Shown: positions 34,864 to 38,436 of the stretch, piece after piece
Position numbering within the stretch: position 1 is the stretch's first letter
Layout: each line of letters opens with the position of its first letter
Source of the DNA: Deltaproteobacteria bacterium
GTDB lineage: Bacteria; Desulfobacterota; Anaeroferrophillalia; Anaeroferrophillales; Anaeroferrophillaceae
Direction: 5' to 3'
DNA length: 38,436 nt
Assembly: GCA_019306045.1 (NCBI GenBank)
Contig: JAFDMG010000004.1
Span: forward strand, 1,203-39,638
Translations under genes and position numbers: made by a program
The notes under the pieces: generated by a model
The model's database searches: none
What the model saw: the letters and a program-made list of their open reading frames with translations, nothing else
What the model was told of the DNA's origin: nothing

Positions 34864-36963
34864 TTACGCCCATTTTCGGGTAAAATTATAGGTTGATGAG
34901 TTGGCCAGGGATTTGTGCCGCCGCAGGCGGGCCAGTAGGATTCCGGGTTTGATGCCCGGGGGGTAGAAAGAAAGGTCGATGAGCCAGGCCGGCTGCCGGT
35001 CGCCCGGCAGCTGCTCCAGCTCGGCGATGATGTCATAGGGCCGGATGGCCACCAGGTAGGTGATTCCATCCCGGACCAGGGGCAGAAACTCCTCGCCCCG
35101 GGAAGAAACCAGGGGGGCTTTGCGGCCGGCCACCGGCAGCGGCATGCGGGTCGGCAGCAGCTGGGGAAAGGCAAAGGCCAGCACCAGCGGCGCCGGGGCG
35201 GCGGCCGGACGGGCGGCCAGCAGGGCCGCCAGGCTGTCCCGGTCCATTTCCGGGCTCAGAGTGACAGCACTGACGCCCAGCTCGGCATAGGCGGCCAGGG
35301 CCGCCAGGTTGCTGGCCGGCAGGTGGGTGCCGGTGGCCAGCTGGAATTCGCCCTCCAAACCGGAAAAAAGTTCGGCATGGCCGAGGTTGTCGAGGAAAAA
35401 AGTGCGAAAGCCGACCGCCGCCAGCCGCTTGACTGTCTCCCGCAGGCGGGCTTCCCGGCCGGGGAACTGGAGCGGCGGCAGCCACCAGGCCAGGTCGGGC
35501 CGCCGCTGAAACAATCTTCTCTCCTGGCCGGCCAGCCGGTGCAGCAGCCGCCGGTTCAGCTCCACCACCAGGCCCAGGCTCCGGTCGCGGGCAAAAAGCT
35601 GCAGGTTCTCCCAGGAAGCCACTTTCACCCACCAGCGGCGGGCGGGCCAGGCCGGCGACAGCGGCTGGCCGGCGGGGAAAAAATCGGCCGGCCGGCAGGG
35701 TTTTACCGGCGGCCGGCGGCCGGACGGCGCCGGGCGACCGCCCGCCGCCTCCAGTTCCCTGAGCCAGTGAGCGGCCCCGCGCTCGCTGTAAGCATCCTTG
35801 GCCCCCACCTTGTAAAGCAGGTCCCCCGGCCGGCAGGCCAGACCCCGGGGCAGCTGCAGGTCGACCAGCCGCTTGGTTTTATCCCCCACCACGGCCAGGC
35901 GGCGGACGGTGAAGGAGTTTTCCCGGCCGTCCCGGCCGGCGGCGATCACTTTCAACCGGTCGCCGGCCACCACTTCGCCGACCACCTTGACCCGGGCCGT
36001 TCCCGCCCGCATCCGGCGCACCTTGCCGACAAAACGGCCCATGCTCGCCGCCTCCCCGGGGGCGAAAAGATCGGCGGCATAACTGCCGCTCAGGTTGGCG
36101 CTCCCCGGGCGGCGGGCATAGGCTTCCCGCAATGCCGCCTGCAGTTCCGCCTGCAACTCTTCCTTCAGGGTGCCGGTAGCGGCCACGGCGTCGATCGCCC
36201 GGCGGAAAACCCCGACCACGGTGGCCACGTAGTGGGAACTCTTGAGCCGCCCCTCGATTTTGAAGGAGTCGATCCCTAGCTGCTGCAGCCGGGGGAGAAA
36301 TTCCAGGGCGCTGAAATCGGCGGGCGAGAGGAAGTAGCCCGACTGCCGCCCCTGGCGGTAAAGCCGGCGGCAGGGCTGGGTGCAGCGGCCGCGGTTGCCG
36401 GCCTGGCCGCCGAGAAAACTGCTGAACTGGCAGAGGCCGGCCACCGACAGGCAGAGGGCGCCGAAAACGAAAACCTCCAGTTCCACCTCGGTCTCCCGGC
36501 GGATGGCGGCAATCTCCGCCAGGGAAAGCTCCCGGGCCAGCACCACCCTCCTGACCCCCAGGCGGGCCGCCTGGCGGACGCCGGCGGCGTTGTGGATACT
36601 GAGCTGGGTGGAGGCATGCACGGTCAGGGAGGGGAAATCCCGCCGCAGGAGATGGAGCACGCCGGGATCCTGGACGATCAGGGCGTCAATGCCGATCTCT
36701 TCCAGGAATCCCACAAATTTGTAGAGGTGGCGGATCTCGCTCTCTTTGAGCAGGGTATTAACCGCCGCCAGCACCCTGACTCTCCGCCGGTGGGCATAGG
36801 GCACCATCCGGGCCAGCTCGTAATGGGAAAAGTTCTTCGCCCGCTGGCGGGCACTGAACTCCCGGCCGCCGACGTAGATGGCGTCGGCACCGGCCTCGAG
36901 AGCGGCGAAAAAGGCCTCCAGGTTGCCGGCCGGGGCCAGCAGCTCAGGCTTGCTGGTCTGCAA
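34864..36963 (-). CDS. Peptidase U32-family protein, long two-module form with a four-Cys Fe-S motif
   Basis: 699 aa. The N-terminus is KPELLAPAGNLEAFFAALEAGADAIYVGG...F.SAR. The four-Cys motif is CLSVAGLC-x15-CTQPC (CX6CX15CX3C, residues 171-198). The start is TTG at 36961-36963 with a GAGGA RBS. The C-terminal ~400 aa looks like a second, Cys-less barrel-like module. Confidence 0.85.
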   Translation of the reverse strand: MQTSKPELLAPAGNLEAFFAALEAGADAIYVGGREFSARQRAKNFSHYELARMVPYAHRRRVRVLAAVNTLLKESEIRHLYKFVGFLEEIGIDALIVQDPGVLHLLRRDFPSLTVHASTQLSIHNAAGVRQAARLGVRRVVLARELSLAEIAAIRRETEVELEVFVFGALCLSVAGLCQFSSFLGGQAGNRGRCTQPCRRLYRQGRQSGYFLSPADFSALEFLPRLQQLGIDSFKIEGRLKSSHYVATVVGVFRRAIDAVAATGTLKEELQAELQAALREAYARRPGSANLSGSYAADLFAPGEAASMGRFVGKVRRMRAGTARVKVVGEVVAGDRLKVIAAGRDGRENSFTVRRLAVVGDKTKRLVDLQLPRGLACRPGDLLYKVGAKDAYSERGAAHWLRELEAAGGRPAPSGRRPPVKPCRPADFFPAGQPLSPAWPARRWWVKVASWENLQLFARDRSLGLVVELNRRLLHRLAGQERRLFQRRPDLAWWLPPLQFPGREARLRETVKRLAAVGFRTFFLDNLGHAELFSGLEGEFQLATGTHLPASNLAALAAYAELGVSAVTLSPEMDRDSLAALLAARPAAAPAPLVLAFAFPQLLPTRMPLPVAGRKAPLVSSRGEEFLPLVRDGITYLVAIRPYDIIAELEQLPGDRQPAWLIDLSFYPPGIKPGILLARLRRHKSLANSSTYNFTRKWA

Positions 36964-36999
36964 AGGGAATCCTCGACACCGGCGGCAGCCGCCGCCGGC

Positions 37000-38061
37000 T
37001 CAACGCAAGATGATGCCGCCGGCCCCCTCGCCGGCGGCGGTAAAGCGGCCCACCTCCCAGGTCGACTGGCCGGCGGCGGCAAAGGCCTGCCGCACTCGCG
37101 GCAGGCAATCCGGCGCCACGGCCAGCAGCAGGCCGCCGGAGGTCTGGGGATCAAACAGCAGGTCAACCAGCAGGTCGTCGGCGGCGCCGGCCTCCCGGCG
37201 CACCCGGCAGCCGAAAAATTCCCGGTTGCGGCTGCCGCCCTCCGGGAACATGCCCATGGCGACATATTCCCGCGCCCCCGGCAGCAGGGGCACCGCCGCC
37301 AGCTCGACGACCGCCGTCAACCCGCCGGCGGCCACCATCTCGCTCAAGTGGCCAAGGAAACCGAAGCCGGTAATGTCGGTGCAGGCGTGCACCGCCGGCC
37401 GCCAGGGAGCGGCGGAGTCTTCCGGCGGCAGCCGGTTCAGGGCCGCCATGTAAGCAAAAGCCTCCTCCAGGTCCGCCGCCGCACAGAAGCCGGCTTTCAG
37501 GGCGGTGCTCAGCACCCCGTTGCCCAGGGGCTTGGTGAGCAGCAGCCGGTCGCCCGCCCGGGCGCCGGTATTCCGCCAGAAGCGCTGCGGATGCACGAGG
37601 CCGGTGACCGCGAGACCGTACTTGATCTCCGGGTCCTCGACGCTGTGGCCGCCGGCAAGCACCGCCCCGGCCTCGGCAATTTTGGCCAGGCCGCCGGCCA
37701 GAATCCGGCGCAGGTAGTCATTGTCCAGGGTACGGATGGGGAAAGCGACAATGTTCATCGCCGTCAGGGGGTCGCCGCCCATGGAGTAGACATCGCTGAA
37801 GGCATTGGCGGCGGCAATCTGGCCGAAAAGCCAGGGATCATCGACCATGGGCGGAAAAAAATCCAGGGTCTGCACCAGCGCCCGCTCGGCGTCGAGCCGG
37901 AAAACGCCGGCATCGTCGGCCCCCTCAATGCCCACCAGCAGCCGGTCGTCCACCGGCAGCGGCAGGTCGCGCAAAATCGCCTCCAGGTCGCCCGGACCTA
38001 TCTTGGCGGCTCAGCCGGAAGCGGTTACCATGGTGGTCAGTCTGATCTGCTCGACGGTCAT
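37000..38061 (-). CDS. selD: Selenide, water dikinase (selenophosphate synthetase) SelD, selenocysteine-containing (in-frame TGA at 38011-38013)
   Basis: The ORF track gives only residues after the TGA. Extending upstream in frame gives MTVEQIRLTTMVTASG-U-AAKIGPGDLEAILRDLPLP. This restores the conserved SelD N-terminal glycine-rich loop, with Sec where E. coli SelD has Cys17. The rest is canonical SelD/AIR-synthase fold (DDAGVF, DFFPPMVDDP, FGQIAAANAFSDVYSMGG). Confidence 0.85.
37985..38010 (-). promoter_or_regulatory. Candidate bacterial SECIS element in selD mRNA
   Basis: The mRNA after UGA reads GCCGCCAAGAU-AGGUC-CGGGC-GACCU. This is a 5-bp stem with a G-rich 5-nt apical loop. The stem begins 11 nt after the UGA, and the apical loop starts at about +16. 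The stem is short. Confidence 0.4.
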
Positions 38062-38330
38062 GGTTTTAGCCTGTCAGCTCAGTGCTGTCCGGTTAGGTGC
38101 TTGCATATCGTCAGCCAGTGCTGTTTTCAGCGCTTTTGGCGCTCGCTTGCCTGTTTTGCCAGCGGCTCATGTCGCTAAAGTTGCCAAACTCGCCCTTTCA
38201 GGACTCAAACAAGGCAACTTTTTCACGCTCCCATCGCCGGGAAAAACAACGGCAGTTCACGATGTCGCGCCGAAAAACAGCCCTGGTTGCCGACTTTAAA
38301 AATGCCAGAAGTATACCAGACACTGCTGCT

Positions 38331-38436
38331 GTTAGCTGTTAGCTGTTAGCTGTTAGCTGTTAGCTGTTAGCTGTTAGCTGTTAGCTGTTAGCTGTTAGCT
38401 GTTAGCTGTTAGCTGTTAGCTGTTAGCTGTTAGCTG
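38331..38436. repeat. Perfect tandem heptanucleotide array, (GTTAGCT)x15 plus 1 nt, truncated by the window end
   Basis: Counted directly. It has the same unit and the same orientation as the array at 15765-15877. There are no mismatches, and it continues to the last base of the window. Confidence 0.98.

Overview
GC-rich (about 60-65% by eye) bacterial chromosomal window. Gene content and style resemble a Geobacter/Desulfuromonas-like deltaproteobacterium, but that is inference only. About two thirds is a minus-strand flagellar and motility supercluster. It runs flgK'-flgN-flgM-flgJ-flgI-flgH-flgA-flgG-flgF, then a PAS histidine kinase with a sigma-54-dependent response regulator. It continues cheY-fliA-flhG-flhF-flhA-flhB-fliR-fliQ-fliP-fliO-fliN-fliM-fliL-motB-motB'-motA. 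A DtxR-family regulator, a small Arg-rich ORF and pcm are embedded in it. Readable regulatory signals include a near-consensus sigma-28 promoter at flgM and GG-N10-GC sigma-54 promoters at flgF and motA. The right third is housekeeping: a four-subunit 2-oxoacid:ferredoxin oxidoreductase operon with an XRE-cupin regulator, and a crotonase / atypical KAS III / Cys-rich protein cassette. It also holds a cyclophilin, a DUF1285 protein, groES-groEL with a perfect CIRCE operator, a two-module U32 Fe-S protein, and selD. selD is a selenoprotein whose in-frame TGA truncates the supplied ORF. I see no CRISPR, transposase, phage, toxin-antitoxin or recognisable defence genes. The most unusual structure is a mismatch-free tandem heptanucleotide array, (GTTAGCT)n, at two loci. 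One copy fills the flhB-flhA spacer; the other lies upstream of selD and runs off the window end. Secondary oddities are an Asp-less MotB paralog, a triple-length FliO, and a KAS III paralog with a substituted catalytic triad. Many long ORFs in the track are antisense or alternate-frame artefacts of high GC content.
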